In this document: positions 45,640 through 57,522 of the stretch, one piece after another | Layout of the letters: each line of letters starts with the position of its first letter | Position numbering within the stretch: position 1 is the first letter of the stretch | From: Macrostomum lignano | Lineage: Eukaryota | NCBI GenBank assembly: GCA_002269645.1 | Contig: NIVC01002355.1 | Span: 93,152 to 157,151 of the forward strand | Direction: 5' to 3' | Length of the DNA: 64,000 nucleotides | The notes under the pieces: generated by a model | Told to the model about the DNA's origin: nothing | The model's input: the letters and a program-made list of their open reading frames with translations, nothing else | Databases searched by the model: none | Translations under genes and position numbers: made by a program

Positions 45640-45921
45640 CCGCTTGTAGTAGGTCCTGAAGCACCGCACTGACACGCTCAACCTGCTCGTCTCCAGCTCT
45701 CCGGCAATCTTCTCCGCGCCCTCCAGTGTCACGCCGTCCGAGTCGAGGTACTTAAGTAGCTTGTTTCGCTGTTTAGTGAGGGCACATTTTTCGACAGCCT
45801 TTTTGCCTTTCAGTTGCACCATTCGTTGCTCCGATTCCGATCTCTCTTGATTTCGCTCTGATGCTGATTCTGTTGCTGCTGCCGCTGCTGCATCCGCAGC
45901 CTTTTCGTCTCCGAACGACAT
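45640..45921 (-). mobile_element. Possible BEL/Pao gag N-terminal fragment
   Basis: KKAVEKCALTKQRNKLLKYLDSD resembles the helical start of BEL/Pao gag; pattern recognition only. Confidence 0.35.
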
Positions 45922-46227
45922 TCGATCTCACAACCACGCTCTCCTAACAGATTTACGAGTATGTTCTCAAGGCAAAGAAACTCTTGCCCAAACACTCGGC
46001 AAGGTTTTAACTATTGCCTCAACGCGCTCTCACCAAACAAATTCAAGCCATCGATCCTCTTATATTTTAATTGCTAAATGACACACAAAAGATTGGAGTG
46101 GGGCTGAGATTGCATGTACACTAAGCGATAATGGGGGGCGGGGCCCGGGGACGTACATATACCTTCGATATACGAAAATGAGACCAAAACTAACAAAGAA
46201 ACATAAATACAAAGCCTTCGCAATAAC

Positions 46228-46620
46228 TGTTGCTATAGAAACCGTAGCTAAGGACACCGTTGCTATAGAAACCGTAGCTAAGGACACCGTTGCTATAGAA
46301 ACCGTAGCTAAGGACACCGTTGCTATAGAAACCGTAGCTAAGGACACCGTTGCTATAGAAACCGTAGCTAAGGACACCGTTGCTATAGAAACCGTAGCTA
46401 AGGACACCGTTGCTATAGAAACCGTAGCTAAGGACACCGTTGCTATAGAAACCGTATCTAAGGACACCGTTGCTATAGAAACCGTAGCTAAGGACACCGT
46501 TGCTATAGAAACCGTAGATAAGGACTAAGGCCACCGTTGCTATAGAAACCGTAGCTAAGGACTAAGGCCACCGTTGCTATAGAAACCGTAGCTAAGGTCA
46601 CCGTTGCTATAGAAACTGTA
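46228..46620. repeat. 30-bp minisatellite (ttgctatagaaaccgtagctaaggacaccg)
   Basis: About 12 units here; only about 2 units at the paralogous site 31805-31880. Confidence 0.95.
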
Positions 46621-47511
46621 GATAAGGTAAACGCCGCCTATGGAACTTTATTGTCGAGGGCAATAGCTATGGTAACCATAATGAGACCATAGATAAAAAT
46701 TAATATTGAGACACTGATCCAGGTGTCAATTTCTGCTAATTAGTGGTTGTTAAAGCAAGGTAAATGAGGCACTTTATAAAGACCTTTTTAAGGCGTCTCA
46801 CTTTATATTTTGTCAGCTGAAAAAACTCACTACTTGTCTACGGCTCGAAAAAAGCAGATTTATGTAGAAAAAAAAGGAATTTTTTTAGTATTATTGGAAT
46901 TAGAAAAATAAAAACAGGTTAAAAAATTAATTAAATAAGTTTATTTACAGCTTTCATGGCTGCTAAACTGCTAAAAACACACTTTAAACAAACATACTAA
47001 TAGATCATTACATTCCCTAGGTGCTATGGACCTAATGTATCTCTTTAAAGATCAACACCGTCTATTTATAGTTTAAGTCCAGCAGCATGAACGATAATTG
47101 CATGCCTTTTCGTGCCATGACGCAGTTGCCTGGGTTAAAAAACGTTAACACCGTTAAAAAAAGTAAGCAAGAAAACAAAAACAAAAGGCAAAAAAACAAA
47201 CAAGCAGCAAACTTGAAGAAAACGTTTCAACATTACAAAACATGGCTGGAAACTGCATAGGAAATCTAGGCCGATGTAGCTAGAGATATACGATCTATGC
47301 TTGTACTTCAGCAGTCCTTGAATCTTCACTAAAACAGATTTTTTTGTTTTTGATAACACTGAAGGAAGGTGAATAAAAAATAAATAAATGTGATAAACAA
47401 TCCGCAGTGTCATCTGAATAAATATGGAACACACTGAGTGGGATCAAAGAAATTTCACAAAGTACGAGCGTATTTTCTTTTCATTAGTTTTTCAATTTTT
47501 CATTGAATCGC

Positions 47512-50500
47512 TCAGTTGAGCCGGACCGACAGAAGCACCAGTGACGTCACGGCACCGACAGAGGCGGTGAATCCAGACCTACCGTGCACCGACCTGCCCA
47601 CTTTGAAAACTCCTGACCACCTGTCATCGACTCTGCCATCCTCTTCATCCCCTTTGTCTGAAGCGGAGAGTTCAGGAAAATAACTTTTTCAGTTTCTCGA
47701 ACATCTTGCAATCCGGTAATTTACTGAGCAGCTGCTCACCCTGCGGCTCCTGACAGTCAGATGTCAGACAGATTTGCACTGCCTGCTCGCACTGGGGTCC
47801 CGTTCTGTCTGTTAATAATTACCCCACCCCTAAAAGTTCTTACTGGCTGAAGCTTGTAGGCTTGCAGGCTGTAGTATTAGCATAGATAATCTTTTCTCGT
47901 GTTATAAATGCTAACTTCTTTCCCTTATGCCGTCGTTGCCCAGAGTAAGAAAGCACTTATACGAGCTAGATTTCTAAAGTTAATCGTGACTTTGGAATTT
48001 CCCATGCGTACAAGCTTCAGCCATTCAGAACTTAGGAGGGGGACTATTATTAAATTCAGGCAGCCAATCTAATTCATAGGCTTCTGGATATATCCGGGGG
48101 AATATAAGCTGCATATATCGGGGGGTATATCCCAATTTTTAGAAAGTTTTGGCCATAGACTTCCATGGTTCTACCTTGTAGTCGGTGAGGTGTCTGTCTG
48201 TGGTAAAAACTAATCCAAAAACCAAAGATGTCATGTCAACTCACCATAACAGACAGTCCCGTTGCCATAGTAACCCGGCTTGCAGATGCAATCAAATGAG
48301 CCGATCAGGTTGATGCAGTCGGCATTGGCATCGCATTTGGAGCTGCTGAGACACTCGTCAACGTCTTTAATTGGGTTCAGTTTATGGCCAATTAAATACA
48401 AGCATAAGTTTAGTTATAAGTAACCACACTTATTAAAAAATTATTAAAGTCGAAGGTTTTCACTTACCGGTGCAATTATCAGTTCCGTTGCGTTGAAACC
48501 CATCGAAGCAGGTGCAGTTGTAGGACCCCGGCGTGTTGGTGCAATTTGCGTAGAGACCGCAGGGCTTCGAATCGCATTTCTTCACGTCTGTAATGGTAGC
48601 AGCAGACACGCGTACGGAAATTATAACAAAATAAAGGAAAACAAGTAATCTATAGAATCTACAAAAAATTCCATCAGACCCACACGAACACATATATTTT
48701 TTAATGTATATGGAAATGCTGTATGCTAGAATGTCTATAGATGCGATATCTACTGGTGTGGTAAATATATTTTCAGCTGCTGCCTTGACAGGCCCCGCCT
48801 TGAGGCAGATTTCAGCTAAGAGCTGTAAATTATATGTATGCTGTGTGTTATCCATAACATGGTGTCAGAGATGCAGTTAGAACAGAACATGGTTCGTGTC
48901 AGACTGCTGCTGTTAGCAAATTTTACACGTAGTTGCACGGAGACAACAGCGAGGTGATGTTTGATTCGACTGGATTGCGACCTCCAGGTCCCATGGTTTT
49001 CGACGACCTTTCACTCACTTTCATACAGTGAGAGCACATGGGCATACCATACTGAAGAGTGCTAAGACCTATCGTGAATGTGATTCAAGAAAGAGTGTTA
49101 CATTCGAAGAGAAGCTGCATATCAATACTCATTTGGGTTCGCACATCCCTAGTAATGACATGCGACAGCCCTATATGACGCTCAGACGATTCATGGTCGT
49201 GTTGTTAAGCGTTAAACCGTGTTTTTGTTGTTGTTATCTGCTGCCTGAGCTGTGAGTACAACTGCATTCTCAAACTGTTGAGTATTTTACTATATGGAAA
49301 GGGGATGTTGCATGTATATGAATATGCTTTATGGAGAAGATACAGACGTAGCATAGAGTTGAGGGTGTAGTTCGGTCCTCGGAGTTTACGAAAAATACAC
49401 TCTGCAAATCCAAATATACTAAATATTTGCTAAATTTCTCTTAAATTCCTGTGTTTGTGGCGATAAAATTACAACCAACAAATTTATGCATAAAAAAGAT
49501 AGGGGGATTTCTGAGGTGTAAGTACTTACCAACCGATAATCAGCTAAAGACAAAAATAATTTAGAATATAAATATTGGGGGTGTGAGAGTGAAGATCCCA
49601 ACATTCTTCACCATATACCAGTTTTATCAAGGACAAAATCACTGCTCCATTCATTACTTCCTTCGTTTTATGTAGGGTAGGCCAAGTCAGAGCACAGGGT
49701 TTTACCTTCTGCCCCACACGGAACCTACGGAGAAGCAATGGTATGCAAATCGATCAATTGGCAAGAACAAATTGTCTGTCGCTGACATGTGCTCTGAAGT
49801 TGGAGTCCGCGCATTGGAGTCCGCATGTACAAACGGACCTCGGACATTCAAATCGGCAACTCATCGGCTTTTCTGGACTCCAAACTGCTACGCAATGTGA
49901 AAAAAAGACTCAGCAGACGAGTACGGTAGGCGTTAACTAAATTTTAACTTCCATAGCTGCTTTTTCATTATTAACAATTCATTTTAGGTACGCCACATCG
50001 TGACTCCCTTATATTGTGACTGGAAAAAACTAAAGTGTTGTTGACTATGCATTGCCCTCGAATTCGTGTTTCTTCTTCATGCGTTTTTGGCTTTGAAAGT
50101 TTGTATCCTTTAAAAGAACATCGTGGGGATTTAACCTAGGATGCCTATGCGATGTCTATCGTAAATATACCTTTTCAAGCCCGAATGTGACAAAAGAAAT
50201 CGAATGGCTATCTATCTGACCCAGACGAAAAAAGCATGCCGTACACAAGAATCTTAGAGACTGACCAATGAAGGCTCGTAAACAGCTACAGAATTTTGCG
50301 ACTTAAGAACTTACGGTTAAGCCGTTAAGACTAAGCGAATATAGCGGTGCCACATTTCGCTTACTTTACCACTTTTGGTTTTTGTATTTTGAAAGTACCA
50401 CCTTACATAACTGTTTTTAGATCTCTAAAGCTCAAATCCAAGCCATAGAAAAAATTGACATATTTGAAATTACTTTTTGTCACATTCGCGCCTGAAAAAA

Positions 50501-53500
50501 TGCATGCTGATAGCTGATGTCTTATAGAGCCCCGCCTTGTAAAAGAGATAAGCCAAGAGCTGATAAATCTATAACTCTGAGTAATAACTATAACCCACAC
50601 AAACAAAAACACTTTACACACATACAACAGGCCTACAAAAACACACACATCATACCCACAAGAACACACACATCAGACCCACAAGAAAACGAATCAGGCA
50701 CACAACAACGCGAGTAAAATTTATGAAAAAAAATTTCAGGATGCTGAAACTCCCACAATTAAATACTTTCCAGAAAAGCCGCTCACCTCGCGGCTCCTGG
50801 CAGTCAGATGTCAGACAGATTTTCACTGCCTGCTCGCACTGGGGCCCCGAGAATCCCAGATCGCACTTGCACTCTTCACGGTGATAGTAAGCTGCAATGG
50901 TGACGAGTGAGGGAGTGAGTGAGTGAGTAAGTCAGTCAGTCAGTCAGTCAGTCAGTCAGTCAGTCAGTCAGTCAGTCAGTCAGTCAGTCAGTCAGTCAGT
51001 CAGTCAGTCAGTCAGTCAGTCAGTCAGTCAGTCAGTCAGTCAGTCAGTCAGTCAGTCAGTCAGTCAGTCAGTCAGTCAGTCAGTCAGTCAGTCAGTCAGT
51101 CAGTCAGTCAGTCAGTCAGTCAGTCAGTCAGTCAGTCAGTCAGTCAGTCAGTCAGTCAGTCAGTCAGTCAGTCAGTCAGTCAGTCAGTCAGTCAGTCAGT
51201 CAGTCAGTCAGTCAGTCAGTCAGTCAGTCAGTCAGTCAGTCAGTCAGTCAGTCAGTCAGTCAGTCAGTCAGTCAGTCAGTCAGTCAGTCAGTCAGTCAGT
51301 CAGTCAGTCAGTCAGTCAGTCAGTCAGTCAGTCAGTCAGTCAGTCAGTCAGTCAGTCAGTCAGTCAGTCAGTCAGTCAGTCAGTCAGTCAGTCAGTCAGT
51401 CAGTCAGTCAGTCAGTCAGTCAGTCAGTCAGTCAGTCAGTCAGTCAGTCAGTCAGTCAGTCAGTCAGTCAGTCAGTCAGTCAGTCAGTCAGTCAGTCAGT
51501 CAGTCAGTCAGTCAGTCAGTCAGTCAGTCAGTCAGTCAGTCAGTCAGTCAGTCAGTCAGTCAGTCAGTCAGTCAGTCAGTCAGTCAGTCAGTCAGTCAGT
51601 CAGTCAGTCAGTCAGTCAGTCAGTCAGTCAGTCAGTCAGTCAGTCAGTCAGTCAGTCAGTCAGTCAGTCAGTCAGTCAGTCAGTCAGTCAGTCAGTCAGT
51701 CAGTCAGTCAGTCAGTCAGTCAGTCAGTCAGTCAGTCAGTCAGTCAGTCAGTCAGTCAGTCAGTCAGTCAGTCAGTCAGTCAGTCAGTCAGTCAGTCAGT
51801 CAGTCAGTCAGTCAGTCAGTCAGTCAGTCAGTCAGTCAGTCAGTCAGTCAGTCAGTCAGTCAGTCAGTCAGTCAGTCAGTCAGTCAGTCAGTCAGTCAGT
51901 CAGTCAGTCAGTCAGTCAGTCAGTCAGTCAGTCAGTCAGTCAGTCAGTCAGTCAGTCAGTCAGTCAGTCAGTCAGTCAGTCAGTCAGTCAGTCAGTCAGT
52001 CAGTCAGTCAGTCAGTCAGTCAGTCAGTCAGTCAGTCAGTCAGTCAGTCAGTCAGTCAGTCAGTCAGTCAGTCAGTCAGTCAGTCAGTCAGTCAGTCAGT
52101 CAGTCAGTCAGTCAGTCAGTCAGTCAGTCAGTCAGTCAGTCAGTCAGTCAGTCAGTCAGTCAGTCAGTCAGTCAGTCAGTCAGTCAGTCAGTCAGTCAGT
52201 CAGTCAGTCAGTCAGTCAGTCAGTCAGTCAGTCAGTCAGTCAGTCAGTCAGTCAGTCAGTCAGTCAGTCAGTCAGTCAGTCAGTCAGTCAGTCAGTCAGT
52301 CAGTCAGTCAGTCAGTCAGTCAGTCAGTCAGTCAGTCAGTCAGTCAGTCAGTCAGTCAGTCAGTCAGTCAGTCAGTCAGTCAGTCAGTCAGTCAGTCAGT
52401 CAGTCAGTCAGTCAGTCAGTCAGTCAGTCAGTCAGTCAGTCAGTCAGTCAGTCAGTCAGTCAGTCAGTCAGTCAGTCAGTCAGTCAGTCAGTCAGTCAGT
52501 CAGTCAGTCAGTCAGTCAGTCAGTCAGTCAGTCAGTCAGTCAGTCAGTCAGTCAGTCAGTCAGTCAGTCAGTCAGTCAGTCAGTCAGTCAGTCAGTCAGT
52601 CAGTCAGTCAGTCAGTCAGTCAGTCAGTCAGTCAGTCAGTCAGTCAGTCAGTCAGTCAGTCAGTCAGTCAGTCAGTCAGTCAGTCAGTCAGTCAGTCAGT
52701 CAGTCAGTCAGTCAGTCAGTCAGTCAGTCAGTCAGTCAGTCAGTCAGTCAGTCAGTCAGTCAGTCAGTCAGTCAGTCAGTCAGTCAGTCAGTCAGTCAGT
52801 CAGTCAGTCAGTCAGTCAGTCAGTCAGTCAGTCAGTCAGTCAGTCAGTCAGTCAGTCAGTCAGTCAGTCAGTCAGTCAGTCAGTCAGTCAGTCAGTCAGT
52901 CAGTCAGTCAGTCAGTCAGTCAGTCAGTCAGTCAGTCAGTCAGTCAGTCAGTCAGTCAGTCAGTCAGTCAGTCAGTCAGTCAGTCAGTCAGTCAGTCAGT
53001 CAGTCAGTCAGTCAGTCAGTCAGTCAGTCAGTCAGTCAGTCAGTCAGTCAGTCAGTCAGTCAGTCAGTCAGTCAGTCAGTCAGTCAGTCAGTCAGTCAGT
53101 CAGTCAGTCAGTCAGTCAGTCAGTCAGTCAGTCAGTCAGTCAGTCAGTCAGTCAGTCAGTCAGTCAGTCAGTCAGTCAGTCAGTCAGTCAGTCAGTCAGT
53201 CAGTCAGTCAGTCAGTCAGTCAGTCAGTCAGTCAGTCAGTCAGTCAGTCAGTCAGTCAGTCAGTCAGTCAGTCAGTCAGTCAGTCAGTCAGTCAGTCAGT
53301 CAGTCAGTCAGTCAGTCAGTCAGTCAGTCAGTCAGTCAGTCAGTCAGTCAGTCAGTCAGTCAGTCAGTCAGTCAGTCAGTCAGTCAGTCAGTCAGTCAGT
53401 CAGTCAGTCAGTCAGTCAGTCAGTCAGTCAGTCAGTCAGTCAGTCAGTCAGTCAGTCAGTCAGTCAGTCAGTCAGTCAGTCAGTCAGTCAGTCAGTCAGT

Positions 53501-55382
53501 CAGTCAGTCAGTCAGTCAGTCAGTCAGTCAGTCAGTCAGTCAGTCAGTCAGTCAGTCAGTCAGTCAGTCAGTCAGTCAGTCAGTCAGTCAGTCAGTCAGT
53601 CAGTCAGTCAGTCAGTCAGTCAGTCAGTCAGTCAGTCAGTCAGTCAGTCAGTCAGTCAGTCAGTCAGTCAGTCAGTCAGTCAGTCAGTCAGTCAGTCAGT
53701 CAGTCAGTCAGTCAGTCAGTCAGTCAGTCAGTCAGTCAGTCAGTCAGTCAGTCAGTCAGTCAGTCAGTCAGTCAGTCAGTCAGTCAGTCAGTCAGTCAGT
53801 CAGTCAGTCAGTCAGTCAGTCAGTCAGTCAGTCAGTCAGTCAGTCAGTCAGTCAGTCAGTCAGTCAGTCAGTCAGTCAGTCAGTCAGTCAGTCAGTCAGT
53901 CAGTCAGTCAGTCAGTCAGTCAGTCAGTCAGTCAGTCAGTCAGTCAGTCAGTCAGTCAGTCAGTCAGTCAGTCAGTCAGTCAGTCAGTCAGTCAGTCAGT
54001 CAGTCAGTCAGTCAGTCAGTCAGTCAGTCAGTCAGTCAGTCAGTCAGTCAGTCAGTCAGTCAGTCAGTCAGTCAGTCAGTCAGTCAGTCAGTCAGTCAGT
54101 CAGTCAGTCAGTCAGTCAGTCAGTCAGTCAGTCAGTCAGTCAGTCAGTCAGTCAGTCAGTCAGTCAGTCAGTCAGTCAGTCAGTCAGTCAGTCAGTCAGT
54201 CAGTCAGTCAGTCAGTCAGTCAGTCAGTCAGTCAGTCAGTCAGTCAGTCAGTCAGTCAGTCAGTCAGTCAGTCAGTCAGTCAGTCAGTCAGTCAGTCAGT
54301 CAGTCAGTCAGTCAGTCAGTCAGTCAGTCAGTCAGTCAGTCAGTCAGTCAGTCAGTCAGTCAGTCAGTCAGTCAGTCAGTCAGTCAGTCAGTCAGTCAGT
54401 CAGTCAGTCAGTCAGTCAGTCAGTCAGTCAGTCAGTCAGTCAGTCAGTCAGTCAGTCAGTCAGTCAGTCAGTCAGTCAGTCAGTCAGTCAGTCAGTCAGT
54501 CAGTCAGTCAGTCAGTCAGTCAGTCAGTCAGTCAGTCAGTCAGTCAGTCAGTCAGTCAGTCAGTCAGTCAGTCAGTCAGTCAGTCAGTCAGTCAGTCAGT
54601 CAGTCAGTCAGTCAGTCAGTCAGTCAGTCAGTCAGTCAGTCAGTCAGTCAGTCAGTCAGTCAGTCAGTCAGTCAGTCAGTCAGTCAGTCAGTCAGTCAGT
54701 CAGTCAGTCAGTCAGTCAGTCAGTCAGTCAGTCAGTCAGTCAGTCAGTCAGTCAGTCAGTCAGTCAGTCAGTCAGTCAGTCAGTCAGTCAGTCAGTCAGT
54801 CAGTCAGTCAGTCAGTCAGTCAGTCAGTCAGTCAGTCAGTCAGTCAGTCAGTCAGTCAGTCAGTCAGTCAGTCAGTCAGTCAGTCAGTCAGTCAGTCAGT
54901 CAGTCAGTCAGTCAGCAGGTGTCGTCAGCCATGCCGCAGTCAGGGCAGCAGCGGCCCCTGCTCCCGCAGTCGCACACCACAATCCTAGGAGTCCACACCG
55001 TGACGGCTCCGACCTCGTCCACCGCCGCCAGCTGCAGTTTGATGTCGCCTCGCCAGTTGTCGACGGGCTGCCACACGAGTTGCCAGCTGCCGCTGGTCCC
55101 AGCCTCCAGCTTCGCGGTCCCCCCGACGGCCTCCAGCACGGTGACATTCGGTGAGGCGCCGTCGGGATCCGTCACGGAGAAGGTGACACTGACGCTGTTG
55201 CTGCCGTTCACTCGCAGCTGCTTCGGGACGCTCTCAAACTGCGGTGGTCGGTTAGCCAGGACGACCCGGGTTCGGGTCTCGTCTCGAATGGCGACGGCGG
55301 CGTCTTGAGCGGCTGCGACCGAGCGAAGCTGAGCGGCGTCGAACATGCAGGTGAGGTAGGAGGAGCCGGAGCTGCGGCACAC
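47512..55382 (-). CDS. 3' part of a paralogous NIDO-AMOP-VWD-type gene with rearranged EGF exons; possibly a pseudogene
   Basis: Exons 55382-about 54917 (copy of 33873-33408, donor lost), 50891-50787, 48587-48468 (EGF), 48364-48245 (Ca-binding EGF), 47808-47740 (half copy of the previous EGF exon) and 47657-47512 (terminal exon). The internal exons are all phase 1-1 and in frame. Confidence 0.72.
48700..49330 (+). mobile_element. Possible internally deleted LTR-retrotransposon remnant
   Basis: ...ataaCA followed by PBS-like TGGTGTCAGA (48860-48869), then PPT-like ggaaagggga (49296-49305) followed by TG. LTR-LTR similarity is weak. Confidence 0.35.
50930..54915. repeat. (AGTC)n microsatellite, about 3.99 kb (about 996 units), apparently perfect
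   Basis: Direct reading; occupies the intron homologous to 33083-33407. Confidence 0.97.
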
Positions 55383-56581
55383 CTGCCATGGGTGAAGGCA
55401 GCCAGAGGGTCAGTACATAAATTTAGCCTGTAATGCAACAAACTCTCAACTTCTAAATGAAGGAATAGAAATTGTTATTCGTCTTCTAATCTATCTATCT
55501 CTCCTAATACTAAAACTCTAGCGATGTTTGTCTGTGTGTGTGTGTGTTGCAAGTGAACTCCTACAATTCTGCCAAGTCAGCGTCGAAACTTATATGGGAA
55601 AACTGCAAATTTTCCGGAGCAGGCTTTAGGCTATTTTAATTTTTAATTTTCACATTTTAGCATCCCTAAAAAAGCAGAAAACTTCTTTTTTCCTAATACT
55701 AAAACTCTAGCGATGTTTGTCTGTGTGTGTGTGTGTTGCAAGTGAACTCCTACAATTCTGCCAAGTCAGCGTCGAAACTTATATGGGAAAACTGCAAATT
55801 TTCCGGAGCAGGCTTTAGGCTATTTTAATTTTTAATTTTCACATTTTAGCATCCCTAAAAAAGCAGAAAACTTCTTTTTTAACCCCCAATAACCTTCTTT
55901 GGCCACTCTGACTGGGGCTGCAGCCAGTTTGTAAAAATAGCCACCCAACCTCCGCCCGCGGGCCGCTGTGTATTGAGGGGTGGTGGGTGCGCGTGTTCTG
56001 GGTTCAATGCAAATAAAACCCCCCGCGTGTTGGGGGGTTGAGTTAAATTTAACGCGTCCCCCAGAACGGGGGTAGGGCTTGGGCTGAGTGTACATAGCAG
56101 TTGTACAGTGTAAACAGATAGACTGTGTCGAGATTCAATTTGTTTTATTATTGGCGCCTTTTTTCCATAGGCAGCCCTGTGTATTAGCTTAGCAGTGAAA
56201 TTCAATGAATAAACTTGCGAGCTTCTCTAGCAAGCAGTTGGGAAATCGGTAAATTTCAAACGCTAACTGTTCCTCGAGTTTTAAACTTTGAGACGAGACA
56301 CTTATATTGCTGGAAAGAGCTTGCAACGCTGAGTTCGGGGATATAAGTTGTTTGCTTTAAATATGAAAAGAAAAAGCACAGCATTTGAAAAACTATTTCC
56401 ATACTTTAACTTTCTGCAAAAATTGTACTCAGTTTTGCGAGACGTAATAGATAAAGCTGGGGGGAGGGTTCAACTTCTCACTGCTGCTGTGTATTGGAGG
56501 GTTGATTTAGATTGCGCAATGTTTTTGTTTACTTTAACTGAGACTGATACTGACTGACTGTGAAATCGGTTGCTCAATGAA

Positions 56582-57423
56582 CAGTGTTGGGCAAGTTACT
56601 CAAAAAAAGTAACTTGCGTTACTGTAACTTAAGTTACCAATTTTTAAAGAGTAACTTACGTTAGCCTAGTAACTTTAGACAAAAACCCGGTAACTTTTAA
56701 GTTACTGTCCGTTACTCACTTCCGTTACCCATGTTATTAACAAAATTTTCTGCTTTTTTCGCATTGCACATTTTTCACATTGTTGTTACCGAAATTTGCC
56801 ATTGGGCATTGGGATTAACCGATTAATAGACAGAGACAGGAATTGGCGACACAATGTGAGGCAAGTAGAAGGACCAATGGGCAATGGCAATCAATAATTA
56901 AAATTATTAATGATAAAATAAACGAATATCAATAATTCAATAGAGTAAAATAAATAGAACTGTATAAAATGGTGTAGTGTACTGCAGTGCCAGTGGAGGG
57001 ACTTGTGCAGAAGCTACAGATGATGAATTTCTTTCTTTGATTGTTTGTTTGAATCAAACTTGAAAATTTTTAGTAACAAAAATGAAAGGCGAAAATATTT
57101 TACCGAAATTAATAAAGTAAAACATGTTTCTAGTATTTCTTCATTAATTAAGCGCAATACCATATGATACTATTCACTTAATTTTGAATTTAGGAATGAA
57201 AATGCAAAAACATGTGACAACCGGCTTACTAGCTAAGCGTTTCAGTTTTAAATTTAAATATTGCGATTGTTGCAAAGTAACTGTAACGGACTTCCGAAAT
57301 TCGAGTAACTTACCGTTACTCCGTTACTAAAATAAAAAAGTAACTTGCGTAAGGAACGCTTTACGAAAAAGTAACTTGCGTTACCATTTGCAAGTTACTC
57401 GGTAACGGAAGTGCCCAACACTG
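56582..57423. mobile_element. hAT-type MITE nested in the first Helitron-like unit
   Basis: Terminal inverted repeats CAGTGTTGGGCA / TGCCCAACACTG and an 8-bp target-site duplication TCAATGAA (56574-56581 and 57424-57431). The empty site is visible in sister units (about 62475-62500). Confidence 0.92.
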
Positions 57424-57492
57424 TCAATGAATTGATTCAATTAGTTCAATATTTTTATCAGTGCAGTGCCTTTTAACACGAAGCTGTGCGTT

Positions 57493-57522
57493 CTAACCCT
57501 AGCCCTAACCCTAACCCTAACC
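57493..57522. repeat. Interstitial (CCCTAA)n telomere-type repeat, unit 1
   Basis: ctaaccctagccctaaccctaaccctaacc. Confidence 0.9.

Noticed and set aside
50923-55308. 1461-aa ORF (SQSV)n, and the 164-aa equivalent at 33151
   Set aside because: Translation of an (AGTC)n microsatellite on the strand opposite the real gene.
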